A stretch of DNA of 64,000 bases, taken from the human T2T-CHM13v2.0 reference genome, Homo sapiens. Shown piece after piece: positions 45,051-58,259 of the stretch (positions are counted from its first letter, which is position 1; every line of letters starts with the position of its first letter). The stretch lies in assembly GCF_009914755.1 (NCBI RefSeq), contig NC_060930.1. One strand, written 5' to 3'. Below the pieces are notes generated by a model that had not been told where the DNA came from, made no database searches, and worked only from the letters and a program-made list of their open reading frames with translations. Made by a program: the position numbers and the translations under genes.

Positions 45051-45916
45051 AAATGATCATCGCTTTGATCTGTCAGTCATGGTGTTCTTTCCTCCTAAAG
45101 TTTTGTGCTGATTTTCTTCCCGTCCATCTCTCCCTTTCCTGAGTCAAAACTGAAATCCTTCAGGCAGGTATCTGAATAGTCATTCTTGTTGATCGGACAG
45201 TCTCTGCCTCTGCAATCACAAGATAGTTCTCTTTCTGTCTCTAAACCATTGTTTTTAATGTATTCTCCTGTTCCTCACACATCTGTGAGGTTTTCTATCT
45301 TGTTCTCACATTCAGAAGTTTTCTTCCGGCCAACCCCAACCTCTTCCCTCTTCCCCTCTTCCCCTCTCTCTTCTCTCCTAACATTCTACCTCCCTGATCT
45401 TCTCACTATTTCATGTACTTGGGCACATGCCATGCTCAAACATTAACCCTTGCCATTCTCTTTGTCCAAAGTGTTTTGATACCCTTCTCTCACAAAAATA
45501 TTAGCCCACAAATATTTACTGAATATTAACTGTGTACAAGACCCTTTCCTAGGCACCATAACCAAGGTGTTTAAGGTCCCTTCTTTAACGAGGAAGAAAG
45601 AATATATAAATAAATTAAGTAATAATGTAGCCCAAACAGGCATAAGTGTTAAGAAAGCAAAGGAAATGCAGTAGTGACTGGCGCAGGGTATAGGGCTGGG
45701 GGTGGTGGGGAGTTTCAGGTAACAGTAATTTTAGAATCATCAGGGACTTGCTCTCTGAAAAAGTGACACTTGAGCACTTGACCTGAACACCTAGGAACCA
45801 GGTGGGAGAAGACCAAGGGAGAAGAATTCTAGGTAGAGAAGACAGCAAGCAAAAGGACCTCTTCCAAATCCTTGCTCCCTTGAAGATTGAGCATCCCTAT
45901 AATTTATCACCTGGTC

Positions 45917-46740
45917 CAGTGGTTTTATCCTTTGGCTACATGGTTTTTCAATTACTGGAATATTTTTAAAATACAGTGGTTCACGCCTATGATCCCAGCA
46001 CTTGGGGAAGCTGAGGTGGGAGGATCACTTGAGGCCAGGAGTCTGACATCAGCCAGGGCAACACAGCAAGACCCCATCTCTATGTTAAAAAACTAGCTGG
46101 ATGTGGTGGCATGTGCCTGTAGTCTCAACCACTCGGGAGGCTGAGGCAGGAGGATCACTTTAGCCCAGGAGTTTGAGGCCGCAGTGAGTCATGATCACAC
46201 CACTGTACTCCAGCATGGGTGGCAGAGCAAGACCCTGTCTCAGAAAAAAATAAAAATAGAAATACTGATGGTTAGACCTTACCACAGACCCATCAAAAAT
46301 CATATTCTGTGGTGGTGAGGAGGGAAAGAGCCCAGGCATCTGTATTTTATAAATGTTCATGTGATTCCAATGGGCAGCCAAAGGTGAGAACCACTGATCC
46401 ACACCAATGTTGTCGCATTCTAATGTGCAGAGATAATGTGGGACGCAGATTCTGATTTCCTAGATCTGGGGTAGAGCCCGATTATACATTTCTAATAAGC
46501 TTCCAGGTGGTGCCAAAACTGTTGGTCTGATTGCTACTCAAAGTGTGGTGCACAGACCAACAGTAGCAATATCACCTGGGAGCTTGTTAGAAAAGCACAT
46601 TCTCAGTCAGAGACTAAGAGAAACCAGGTGATCAAATCACCTCCTGATTCAGAAATACTAGGGGGTGTGGACCAGCCCTCTAGGATTTCCGAAAGTCCTA
46701 CTGGTGGTTCTGAGGCCCACTAAAGCTTGAGAACCAGACT
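45917..46740. mobile_element. Cluster of MER5-family (hAT-Charlie) MITEs; the first is split by an AluJ
   Basis: cagtggtttt ... ggtgagaaccactg; tactcaaagtgtggt...atcacctgggagcttgttagaaa; gcttgagaacca. Confidence 0.7.
45974..46258 (+). mobile_element. AluJ-like element, slightly 5'-truncated
   Basis: gggaggatcacttgaggccaggag and gcccaggagtttgaggccgcagtgag are AluJ-type. Confidence 0.9.
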
Positions 46741-47673
46741 GTGGATCTTGGTGTTTAGACACAGTCAATTTGGCACTTAACTGAGTTCTATGTTGTGTTT
46801 TCTCTAATTGTTTAATGTGGACAAGTCTGTTGAAGTTTGCATTGAACGGGGCTATGAAGCCAAAATAATCTTTTACTTGGTTTCCATGCAGTGCAAATTT
46901 GGTTTCATTCTGGCTAGGAGAAGAGTAAGAGATATAGCCCTAGTTCCAGACTTCTGCTCTGGCCTCCAAAGCCTCTTTGTTCATTCAGCTTGTGAAGCAT
47001 CAGGAGCTTGCAAAGCCCCTGCAGGTGACGCTCTACAGTTGTCACCTGCAAGAAGCTGCAGGTGTCACCTGCAAGAAGCTGATTTATTAAAAGCCCTGCC
47101 AGGGCAGTTTAATCCCTGTGAAGTGATATTGTAACTCACCTCTAGCTGCTGTCCTATCAAAAAATCACTCTCCGTCCTCCTTCTCTTTGTTTACAAGCAC
47201 CAGTTAATGGTTTTCTCTCCATTAAGCAGCTCAGGGGACTGCTGTTTAGAGACCTAATTGAATTCTTGCCAAGTTTGGGCATGATCCAGAGCTGCTCCAA
47301 TTCTCGGTATTTTCCATGCTATGTATTTTCCCCTATTCTAACATGTATATAGCATTGATACCTCTATCTGCAGAATGTAAGAAATTGTAACTGTATACAT
47401 GAGAGTATATTATAAATGCAGTAGTTCCTGCTCCTTGGCGTGCAGATACACCTCATTACTCTGCAATGCAAAACTAAAAATATACATGTTTTTTAAATCT
47501 GCTAAAAGATTCAATATATGTTAATTTTGGAAATTATACGACTATTTATGAGATCTATTCCATAATGAAGAGTCAACAATCCATTTGTCTCTCTACCAAT
47601 TCTACCACCTATCCTGGCCCCTACCACCAAATTTGAATAGCACCTCTTTGATGGCCAAAAATATTATGGTGAG

Positions 47674-48065
47674 TGTATTAGTCCATTTTCGTATTGCTAT
47701 AAAGAAATGCCTGAAGCTCGGCAATTTGTAAAGAAAAGAGGTATAATTGGCTCATGGTTCCATCAGGCTGTACAGGAAGCATGGCTGGGGTGGCCTCAGG
47801 GAACTTTCACTCATGGCAGAAGGCAAAGCTGGAGCAGGCATCTTCACACAGGCAGAGCAGGAGGAAGTGGGGGCTGGAGGTGGCACACACTTTTAAATAA
47901 CCAGGTCTTATGAGAACTCTGTCATGAGAACATCACTAGGGCGGTGGTGCTAAGCCATTAAAACCACTCCAGTGATTCAATACCTCCCACGAGGCCCCAT
48001 ATCCAGTATTGGGGATGACATTTCAATATGAGATTTGGATGGGGACACAGATCCAAACCATATCT
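47674..48065 (-). mobile_element. MSTA/MSTB-like MaLR solo LTR
   Basis: tgtattagtccattttcgtattgctataaagaaatgcctga ... ggggacacagatccaaaccatatc. Confidence 0.9.
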
Positions 48066-48298
48066 GGTAGAATATTAGCATTCTTGGCTACTTAAAGAAT
48101 ATAGTTTTTCTAGCCTTTAGCAATTATTTATCTATAAGACTGAAAGAGGTTAATCATCAAAGTAGGGATTTGTGAGACTGCATCTAATCATGGGTGGTAA
48201 TAGACTGAAGGGATAAAGAGGAACAGTTGGCAAATAAATAAGTCAATAAATATTATCATAAGAAAACACTATAGAAAGAAAAGTTATTTTTATTTTGA

Positions 48299-48670
<372 letters not shown>

Positions 48671-49157
48671 TGAATGTGTAATACATAAAGCATGTGGAGG
48701 TCAAATTACTATGACTTTCTCCAGTGCAATCTAATGGAGCACCACACATTTAGACTCTGGAGCATGTTTTATTCCCTGTGGACAGGTTCCTTTCGATTGC
48801 TCATGTAGGGATTTAGGGGATACTTTTAATGTTATATTCTATGCCTTAAAGGAAATCTTCAATACTTGTGCAATACACTTTTTCTCCCCAAATCTATTTG
48901 CTCCTCCTCTTTGGTCCCTCAGTTTATATTATCGCCTCTATTTCAGGTTCTGGGCGACATGCATATCTGTTCTTTTGTTGTTGTTCTTATCTTTCCTCAA
49001 CCATCATCCATTTGATAGCATTAATATTCTGAGATGAGTAGTTTCATCTTCCATGGAATTATTCTTGGACCATAAAATATTTCATAGCTGAATTCTTTGA
49101 ACATCTGCCTGGGATGTTTAGCAGAAGTAACTACTCTTTGTCACTTCTCTTTCACAG

Positions 49158-49300
49158 TTTGTGGAGATGAGTGCACTGGCCTTCTTCTCGGTGACTTGGC
49201 TCGCCTGGAGCAGATGGTCATGAGCATCAACCTCACTGGTCCGCTGCCTGCGCCATATAAAATGCTGTATGGTCTTGAAAATATGACTCAGGAGCTAAAG
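49158..49300 (+). CDS. LAMA2: Laminin alpha-2 coding exon (~exon 33): CGDEC hinge and start of coiled coil
   Basis: Acceptor ctctttcacAG, donor AAG/gtaggt. 143 bp, phase 1 to 0. Reads (F)CGDECTGLLLGDLARLEQMVMSINLTGPLPAPYKMLYGLENMTQELK, with sequons NLT and NMT. Confidence 0.97.
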
Positions 49301-49444
49301 GTAGGTTGGTGCAGTCACAAGCAAGGGCCAGGGACAAGGTGACAGAAGCTTCACAAGCGGTATTGGCTGTAATTGGTAAATGTTCTTCCCACAGCCCCAA
49401 ATCAAGGGACACAACTGTTAGGGAAATTCAGAGACTTTCTTAAC

Positions 49445-50081
49445 CAGTGTTTTTCAAACTCAAGAACTATAATATACAGATTTCTATTAAGGGAAAAGAG
49501 TCTCATGTACCCCCCAGTGTCTGGCCTAAATCAGTTTTATTATGTCACTTAAATATGTGCAAACATAAAATCAGGTATAAACTCTTTATACTTATAGCTC
49601 TATAAAATTAAAACAAATTAATCCTTACAAAACCAATAAAATTCAAATTAAAAACATTAATATAAAGTAACATGATTTTGGCTGAATGGAAATTGCTGCT
49701 TGCAACAAGAATAGGATATTGACTATTTTCACACAGTTCTTCCACCAGAGATGATGTGGTAACTCATTTCTCCTACCTTACCACATTTGAACCAGAGAGC
49801 CCCCTACAAAGGGTCCTGAAATGAATGTGAGCATCACTTGACAAGTTTATGTGACTAACGTGCTCAGTCTGCCATAGGCTCAAACACACAGGCAAATGTA
49901 GGCACTGAGATCAGGTGGCCATATTCATCTCTCAGGTGCCTAGCCTGGGATCCAGAAATGCTTACATTAATATTTAAGGTTATCATCAAAATGAAAACAC
50001 ATGATTAGAATCTTGTACTAAAGAGCTAGAACTAGTAGACCTTTAAAAGTTCTTCAACAAGCACCAGTTTGATAAACACTG
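49445..50081. mobile_element. 637-bp non-autonomous hAT (Charlie-type) element
   Basis: 16-bp terminal inverted repeats cagtgtttttcaaact / agtttgataaacactg (15/16); 8-bp flanks ttcttaac / ttctaaat. Confidence 0.75.
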
Positions 50082-50767
50082 TTCTAAATTGTGGTTAAAG
50101 CTTTTGGTAGTTAACGAGGTAGGAGAAAACATTAAAGAAATTGGGGTTGTTTCACCTGATGAAAAAAGATGAAAGGTGTCAACTTACTATCAGTCAATTA
50201 TCAGATATTTATTAAGAAATTATAGAATACCTCAGCATTGCACTTGGTTCCCTGGGGATTTCATGACTCTTTTAATATCTTCACTACCCTTAGGAAATGT
50301 AGATTCTATGTGCTTTAAAAATAATCATTAAACAATAATCAAGCAATTAGCAAGAATACATAATGACCATGTGTTTTACAAACATTCAAAGTACATTAGC
50401 GCACAGAGACTGGAGAAATCAGTAAGATTCAGGGTAACCAGAGAATGTACCATTACTGAGAGTATAATTTCTGTTGGAATTTGAAGTGTAGACACAATTT
50501 TAGTAGAGAAGTATTTGTTGCTTTAGAGGAAGGCATCTAAGATTTATTCACTACACATTGGTAGATATTCTTTTAGGAAATATATTCTTTAATTCTGACC
50601 ATAACCTTTAAGGTAAGTATTATTATCCCTATTTTCCAGAAGAAGAAACCAATAATGATGATAACAAGAATAACTAACATTTATTGAAAAGCTAGGCAAT
50701 TGACTGAAGTCTTAAATGGATTACCATACATAGCTTTTACAGAAACTCCAAGAAATAGGAAAGAAGT

Positions 50768-51230
50768 TGTCATGGTCTGAATATTTACATCTCCCCAAAT
50801 TTATATGTTGAAAGTCTGTCACAGTCCATTGGAGCTGCTGTGACAAATACCATAAACTGATTAGCTTATAAACAATAGAAATATATCTCTCACAGTTCTG
50901 AGGCTGGGAAGCCCAAGATCAAGGTACCAGCAATGTTCGATGTCTAGTGAAGGCCTGTTCCTCACAGAGGGTGACTTCTTGCTATGACCCCACATTTAAT
51001 TCATTTAATATCTGGATACTGAGGAAAAGGATAGCTAGCTCTCTGGGGTCTCTTTAATAAGGGCACTAATCCCAATCATGAAGGCTACATTCTCATGACT
51101 CAATCACTTCCCAAAGGCTCCACCTCCTAATATCATCACATTGGGAACTAGGATGTCAACACATGGATATTAGAAGGACACAAACATTCTGCCTTCTGCC
51201 GTGTGAGGACACAGGGAGAAGGCAGCTGTG
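50768..51230. mobile_element. MLT1A-type LTR (- strand, 50817-51189) nested in a + strand MLT1A-type LTR (50768-50816, 51190-51230)
   Basis: tgtcatggtctgaatattt...atgttgaaagtc | tgtcacagtccattgg...gacacaaacattc | ccttctgccgtgtgaggacacag. Confidence 0.8.
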
Positions 51231-51806
51231 CTTAACAGAGCCATGTGAGCAGAGGCAGTGGTGTGAATTAGATCTGTCTGGCAGATATTAAAAGTCAGAC
51301 CTGCTAGTGAAAGATAAGGCTGGAGACTTCAGTGAGGCAGGGTGATATGATGGACAACCTTGAAAGCCAGGCAGAGGAACCTGAGTTTACCTTGTGGTCC
51401 TGGTATTCAGGGAAGTGAAGAGTTTTAATGAAAAGAATGCCGATCAGTTATTTTCCTTGTATATGGAGAGAATACAGAAAAATAAATTAAACTAGAAAAG
51501 CAAACATTTTAGTTGAACATGAAACATTTTAAAACTAATACTTAAGCAATGGATGATGAAGTAAAGAGGATCCTATAGAAGAGGCTCCAATTTGTGAACA
51601 TCTTCTAAGCCAAGGGATTCAGTGACCCATCCACTTCTGGCTGGATATTGATCCAGATGACCTGGATTATCCTTAAATTCTAGTCTTTCTTGATTTTTTA
51701 TTTTGTTCTTCTTCCATCATTCACTTGACATTTGTATACTGAGGATCACCTTCTGGTATTATAAAAACTTAAGTTATTTCACCTCTTTGCTCAATTTCTT
51801 TAACTA

Positions 51807-52401
51807 TGTCAGTGCTCCCCAAGCTTCAGCCAAAGACCATCAAGGACACACATGTGATGGAACAAAGTGGGATTTATTAACTTGTTGCAACAAGGGGCAC
51901 TGAACACCATGGGGGAATTGTGGGCTGTCTCAATAAGAAGGTGTTAGGAATAACTTCTAGTATTTGAGGCTGTGCTAGATAACTTAAGGTTAGCACTCAA
52001 CTGGGTGCTATTCAGAAGTGGGAGTAATTCTGTGAGTATTTTGTGAATCCTATCTAGAGGGAAGGAAGAACAGAGGGAGGATAAAGCTATGATTAATAAG
52101 GAGGCAGTGTTCATTCATATTAGCCAGGAAATGGGAGGTTGGGGTAGTTTTGTGGTCTACACAAAACCCGCTATGGTTTTGTCTGCGCTTAGACATTACA
52201 GGGTAGTCTCTTTTTTTCTGTTTCATTCATCACTGGTTCAGAGTGACCTTGTCTAATTTAGTGTCCTATGAGATTATTTATGTTCCATAGGAAAAAAATA
52301 TGGCCCTGCTGTTAGGCCAGTTCCTAGCAACACCGAGGACAGGCCAGTTAGTTAGCGCCTAGCCAGGTCTCTATGTTAAGGCCTGCCGTTCTCTTTTTTA
52401 C
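51807..52401 (-). mobile_element. ERV1-class LTR (MER90-like)
   Basis: TG start, antisense poly(A) signal tttatt, cagagtgaccttgtct...attatttatgttc, ggccagttcctagcaacacc. Family tentative. Confidence 0.5.
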
Positions 52402-52439
52402 CTGTGATCTGTGTCTCTGTTAATTGGAATGGGAGCCTT

Positions 52440-52650
52440 AAATGGGCCAGGCAAGGAGTTTATCTTAACTCTACCCCTTACTGACTGTGTGATCTCGTGC
52501 ACATTTTTAACTGTCTTCAAGACAGTTTGCTCTTTCATGAAATGGAATAATGCTTACCCCCCATAGAGCTGTTGTGAAAATTAAATGAAAAAACAAAACA
52601 TAAAAAGCCTGGCACATAGTAATTTCTCAATAAGTCACTGCAATTTTTAT
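52440..52650 (+). mobile_element. MIR
   Basis: actgtgtgatctcg...gttgtgaaaattaaatga...gcctggcacatagtaatttctcaataa. Confidence 0.7.
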
Positions 52651-52830
52651 TATTTGCCTGAATATTTGGCATGACACTCAATGTGTAAGTGCCCAGTTGA
52701 AATAGTTTCCTTATCTTTTCTTTGAAGGTGAGAAGGCTAAGTTCCTTTTATATACAAAAATGTGTTCTGTCGAACACTATCACTGCAAGGCCATTTACTA
52801 AAAATGTTTATGGGATGGAATCTTTTTCAG

Positions 52831-52929
52831 CACTTGCTGTCACCTCAGCGGGCCCCAGAGAGGCTTATTCAGCTGGCAGAGGGCAATCTGAATACACTCG
52901 TGACCGAAATGAACGAGCTGCTGACCAGG
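52831..52929 (+). CDS. LAMA2: Laminin alpha-2 coding exon (~exon 34): coiled coil
   Basis: Acceptor tctttttcAG, donor AGG/gtaagg. 99 bp, phase 0-0. Reads HLLSPQRAPERLIQLAEGNLNTLVTEMNELLTR. Confidence 0.96.
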
Positions 52930-54185
52930 GTAAGGTGGCAAAATTATGAATCTTCTGAAAGCAGATAGATTATGTCAATGAAGGAAAATTACTTCAAAGT
53001 TCTGAAATGCAAATCACCTTCTTCCTAATTCCCAATTTGGTATATAAAATAGATGTATTCTGACTTGCTAATTCTGCTTCAAATCAAATCATAGAAATCA
53101 GTAGCACGCAGAAAAATTGGGGATACCTGGAAATTGTCAATGGCTAAAAAGTCCAGAATGACAGTGTATTTTGAGAACTTTATTCAGTAGCCTCCGTGGT
53201 AAAGTTTGTATCTGTTCTGATTTCCAAAAGCACTATCTTTGATTGTGTAAAGAGAAAGAAAAACAAATGAAAATACTTGTGGTCTCTTTCATCTCATCGT
53301 GGGATTTTTGCATTAGTATAGAAATACAGTGTAAATCAGTCTTTCCACACAAAAGAGGAAATCTTCTCTATTGTGAGACTCCAAAGTGCTTAAGACACTT
53401 TTTAAAGTCAGAATGTAAAGTCCATGTTGCATTTATCAGGCTTTTTAAAGAATTGGAAATTTTAAATTTTCAAAACTGCGATGGTATTAAAAACTTTTTG
53501 CAGTTAGAGAATGAAGAAAACAACATAAAGCCCGCCATCTTGTGGCCAGAAATATGCATGAAGCTAGAAACGGGGCTGCAAAGTACGGATTTAATTTGAT
53601 TATCTAAGAGCTTTAAATGATAAAGAGTATTGGAGCTAGAAGGTTCCTGGGGATTATCGAGTCCACTTTGTATTTTAAAGAAGAGCTGCCTCGGGCCATG
53701 ACAGTGAAACGAATTAACAATGGCCATACAATTTGCTAAACTCAGGGACTTAAGCTGGACCCAGTCTCAAGATTCCCACTGGCCCAGTACTTTTTCTACA
53801 TAGCCTGCTGTCGGTTTAGGAAAATATCCACAGGAAAATCAAATAGGCTTCTGAGCACATAATGCTAAACAACGGCCCTGATGTTACAATAGCATACTAA
53901 ACACTTTTTCAGAATCTCATAGCAACAATATAGAATGTACAGATACAACACGGAGTTTCTTGCCAAATGTATGTAGACATTAGATTAAATTGAGTGCATT
54001 TATCTCATATTAATTTAATATGAAATAATTCATATTTGTTATAAATAAGAATTTTCTAACAGGTCATGGTAGAATAAATCAATTTAACAAGCACACATAA
54101 ATGTTCATAACATACAAAGCCTAAGTTACGTGTTGGCAGATGAAAAATATGAATGAGGCTCAATCTGTCTTCAAAGAACTTTGAG

Positions 54186-54186
<1 letters not shown>

Positions 54187-54216
<30 letters not shown>
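54187..54216 (+). repeat. (TG)15 microsatellite
   Basis: Perfect dinucleotide run. Confidence 0.97.
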
Positions 54217-54219
<3 letters not shown>

Positions 54220-54515
54220 ATCAGCATTTAAGTGTATGGAGGACCATATTAGACAACTGCATGCAGGTATATAATAAAACATGAAATAAAATAAAGTCGG
54301 AAGAAATTCTGGAGAAATATTTAATAATAGAATAATTTCATCTGCTTAGGGGTAATTAGAAAAAATTTCATGTAATAAATGGCATTTCATTCATTCATTC
54401 ACTTAACTAATACTTTTTGGGAGTCTCTCATGTTCTAGGAATTATGACACTGGGGATAGAAGTGTGAGCAAAACTGCGCAGTCCTTGCCCTCATTGGCTT
54501 AGTATAGTCTAATGA

Positions 54516-54844
<329 letters not shown>

Positions 54845-54932
54845 ACAAGAAGTATTTCATTAAGAGTGTCAGATCTTTATTATGTCTCAACCTATACTCT
54901 TTACCCTTTCCAGCAGATTGTCTCATGCTATG

Positions 54933-56243
54933 TTTTTTAAACAGACTTTATTTTTTAGAACAGCTTAAAGTTCAAAGAAAAATTGAGTGTAAAGTTCAGA
55001 GTGTTCTCATATCTACTCCCTGCCCCCACAACCTTCCCCACCAGAATGGTACATTTATTATAGTCGATAAACCTAAGTTGACACCTCCTCATCACCCAAA
55101 GTCCATAGTTTACATTAGGGTTCCCTCTTGGTATTGTACATTCTATGGGTTTGGAAAAATGCATTATGACATGTGTCCACCGTTGTTGTAAAATATAGAA
55201 AAGTTTTACTGCCCGAAAACTCCTCTATGCTTCACCTATTCATACCTCCCTCTTCCTTGACCCCTGGCAACCACTCATATTTTTACTACATCCATAGTTT
55301 TGCCTTTTTTGGAATATATAGCTGGAATCATACAGTGTGGTACTTTTTCATATTAGCTTCTTTCCCTTGGTAATATACACTTAAGGTTTCTCCATATTTT
55401 TTCATGACTTTATAGCTCATTTCTTTGTAGTGTTGAATAATATTTCATTGTTTAGACATATCACTGTTTACTTATTCATTCCCCTACTGAAGGACATCTT
55501 GGTTGCTTCCAAATTTTGGCAGCATGAATCAAGTTGCTGTAAACATCTTTGTGCAGACTTTTGTGTGGACTTAAGTTTTCAACCTATTTGGGTGAATATA
55601 AAGGAGCATGATTGCTGGATGGTATGGTAAGAGTATATTTAGTTTTGAAAGAAATTACCAAAATGTATTCCAAATGGTCTTTTCTATTTTGCATTCCCAC
55701 CGGCAATAAATGAGAGTTTCTGTTGCTCCACATCCTCAATAGCATTTGGTGTTTTTAGTGTTTGGATTTTGTCATTCTAATAAGTGTGTATGGTATCTCA
55801 TTCTTGTTTTAGTTTGCAATTCCTTAATGACATATGATGTCGAGCATCTTTTCATACGCTTATTTGCCATCTGTATATCTTCTTTGGTAAGGTGTCTATT
55901 TAGGTCTTTTTCCATTTTTTCATTGGGTTGTTTTCTTGTCGAATTCAGAGTTTTTTGTATATTTTGGGTAATAGTCCTTTATCAGATATGTCTTTTGCCA
56001 TTATTTGCTTCCCCTCTGTGGCTTGTCTTGTTCTCTTGAGAAGTGTCTTTCACAGAGCAGAAGTTTTTAATTGTAACGAAGCCCAGCTTATCAATTAGGT
56101 TTCTCCTTGTTGAGCCTTTGGTGTTGTATCTAAAGACTCATTGCCATATCCACGGTCATCTAGATTTTCTCCTATGCTATCTTCTAGGAGCGTTACAGTT
56201 TTGCATTTTACACTTAGGTCTATAATCCATTTTTAGTTAATTC
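54933..56243 (-). mobile_element. L1MC1/2-like 3' end and ORF2 C-terminus
   Basis: catcacccaaagtccatagtttacattagggtt; ttttgcattcccaccggcaataaatgagagtt; gagcatcttttcatacgcttatttgccatctgtatatcttctttggt. Confidence 0.88.
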
Positions 56244-56249
56244 CAATAC

Positions 56250-56885
56250 TATTTTAAAATAAACTTTTTACTTTACAGTAGTTTTAGATTTCAAAAAACT
56301 TGCAAAGAGAGTACCAAGAGCCTTCACATACTCCATTCCCAGTCTCCCCATTGTTAACATCTTACATTAGCATGGTACATGTGTCATATACATGTTATAT
56401 ACATGTGTCATATACATATTAGCTCATATACATGAGCTAATAATATTGAAATATTACCATTAACCCAAGACTGTATTCATATTTTTTCAGTGTTTACTGA
56501 ATGTTTTTTTACTGTTTCAGGATCCCATGCAGGATACTACATTACATTTAGCCATTGTGTCTTCTTAGGGTTCCTCTAGACTGTGACGACACTGTCAAAA
56601 ATACTGTAACAGTGTTTCTGATGACTTTGAGAGTTTGGACAGGTTCGTGTGTTTGGTAAGCTGTCCCTCAATTGGGGTTTGCCTCATATCTTTCTCATGA
56701 TTAGAATGGAATTATGAGTTTTTGTGGGAAAAACTTCAGAGGTAAAGTACCATGTTCATCACATCAAGAACCCATGTGACCAATATGACTTATTACTGTG
56801 GATATTGACCCTGATCACCTGACTAACATAGTGTTTGCCAGATTTTTCCACTGTAAAGTTACTCTTTTATGCCCTTTTCATACTC
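56250..56885 (-). mobile_element. L1MC4-like 3' end
   Basis: tgtttcaggatcccatgcaggatactacattacatttag; tttccactgtaaagttact. Confidence 0.75.
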
Positions 56886-57305
56886 TAATACTATTTTTAT
56901 CTGCCCATTCTTCAGATTCAGTAACATAAAAGGCGCAGAAATAGGACTACTGAAAGCAAAGATCACTTTGATGGGTTGAGAAGGGGGAGGAAATGTAAAT
57001 ACTCATTAATTACTTTTTTCCTACCATATTTATAATTACAAATATATCTTCCATGCAGACCATAAATACTCAAGTCAACATGACCAATTCTCTCTTTCCC
57101 TGTGGTCAAGCTGCATGACAATCAAAAGGTGAATTAATACAGATGGAATTATAATTAGAGAGTTAGATGGTTTCATTATCCAAAATCAGGCTAAGCACGC
57201 TAATGCCTCTATCTCAGAGTCATGAATGATCCTGCAGTTGTGACCAGGGTATGAGAAATGCAGTGGCCACAACTTCCAATTACCCATGACTACATTAGAG
57301 GAGAC

Positions 57306-57448
57306 AGTGCTCTAGACTAGGACTGCACATTGGAATTACCAGGAGCCCTATCTCACACCCATAGGTTGTGATGCAGTTGGTCTGGGGTAGAGTCAGACCA
57401 CTGGGATATTCAAGAACTCCCCAGATTATACTGATAAAGAATTACTGT
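57306..57448. mobile_element. MER5A-like MITE
   Basis: cagtg...ctgcacattggaattacc...ttggtctgggg...ctccccag...agaattactg. Confidence 0.55.
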
Positions 57449-57450
57449 GA

Positions 57451-57917
<467 letters not shown>

Positions 57918-58259
57918 TGATCCTGCATGACTGCTGTAGGAGCTACCCTCTCTTCTTTAAGGGCTTTTATATTTTATACTCATTGTTTTTAAATGGAGAA
58001 ATCTAATTCCCTAATATCCCTGGGTAAAGAAGACATTATTCCACCCAAGAACTCATATTTAAAATGTATTTTGATATATTTTAATTCATGTATAAATATA
58101 AAGTAAAAAAATTACATAATCATATATCTCTTTCAATGCATTTTGATTTGTTGCCATTTTATTTTACTCACTGGAAGAACCCAAGTTCCTCACATATGAG
58201 AATCATGTTTAACATATTCAAACTGCCCTACAGTATGTGTGAAATATTAAGATGCTTTT

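Noticed and set aside
47040-47081. Direct repeats as a CRISPR-like array
   Set aside because: There are only two 19-bp units with a 4-nt gap, no spacers and no cas genes, in a primate intron.
54925-56225. Run of consecutive + strand ORFs
   Set aside because: They are antisense frames of a decayed L1MC element.
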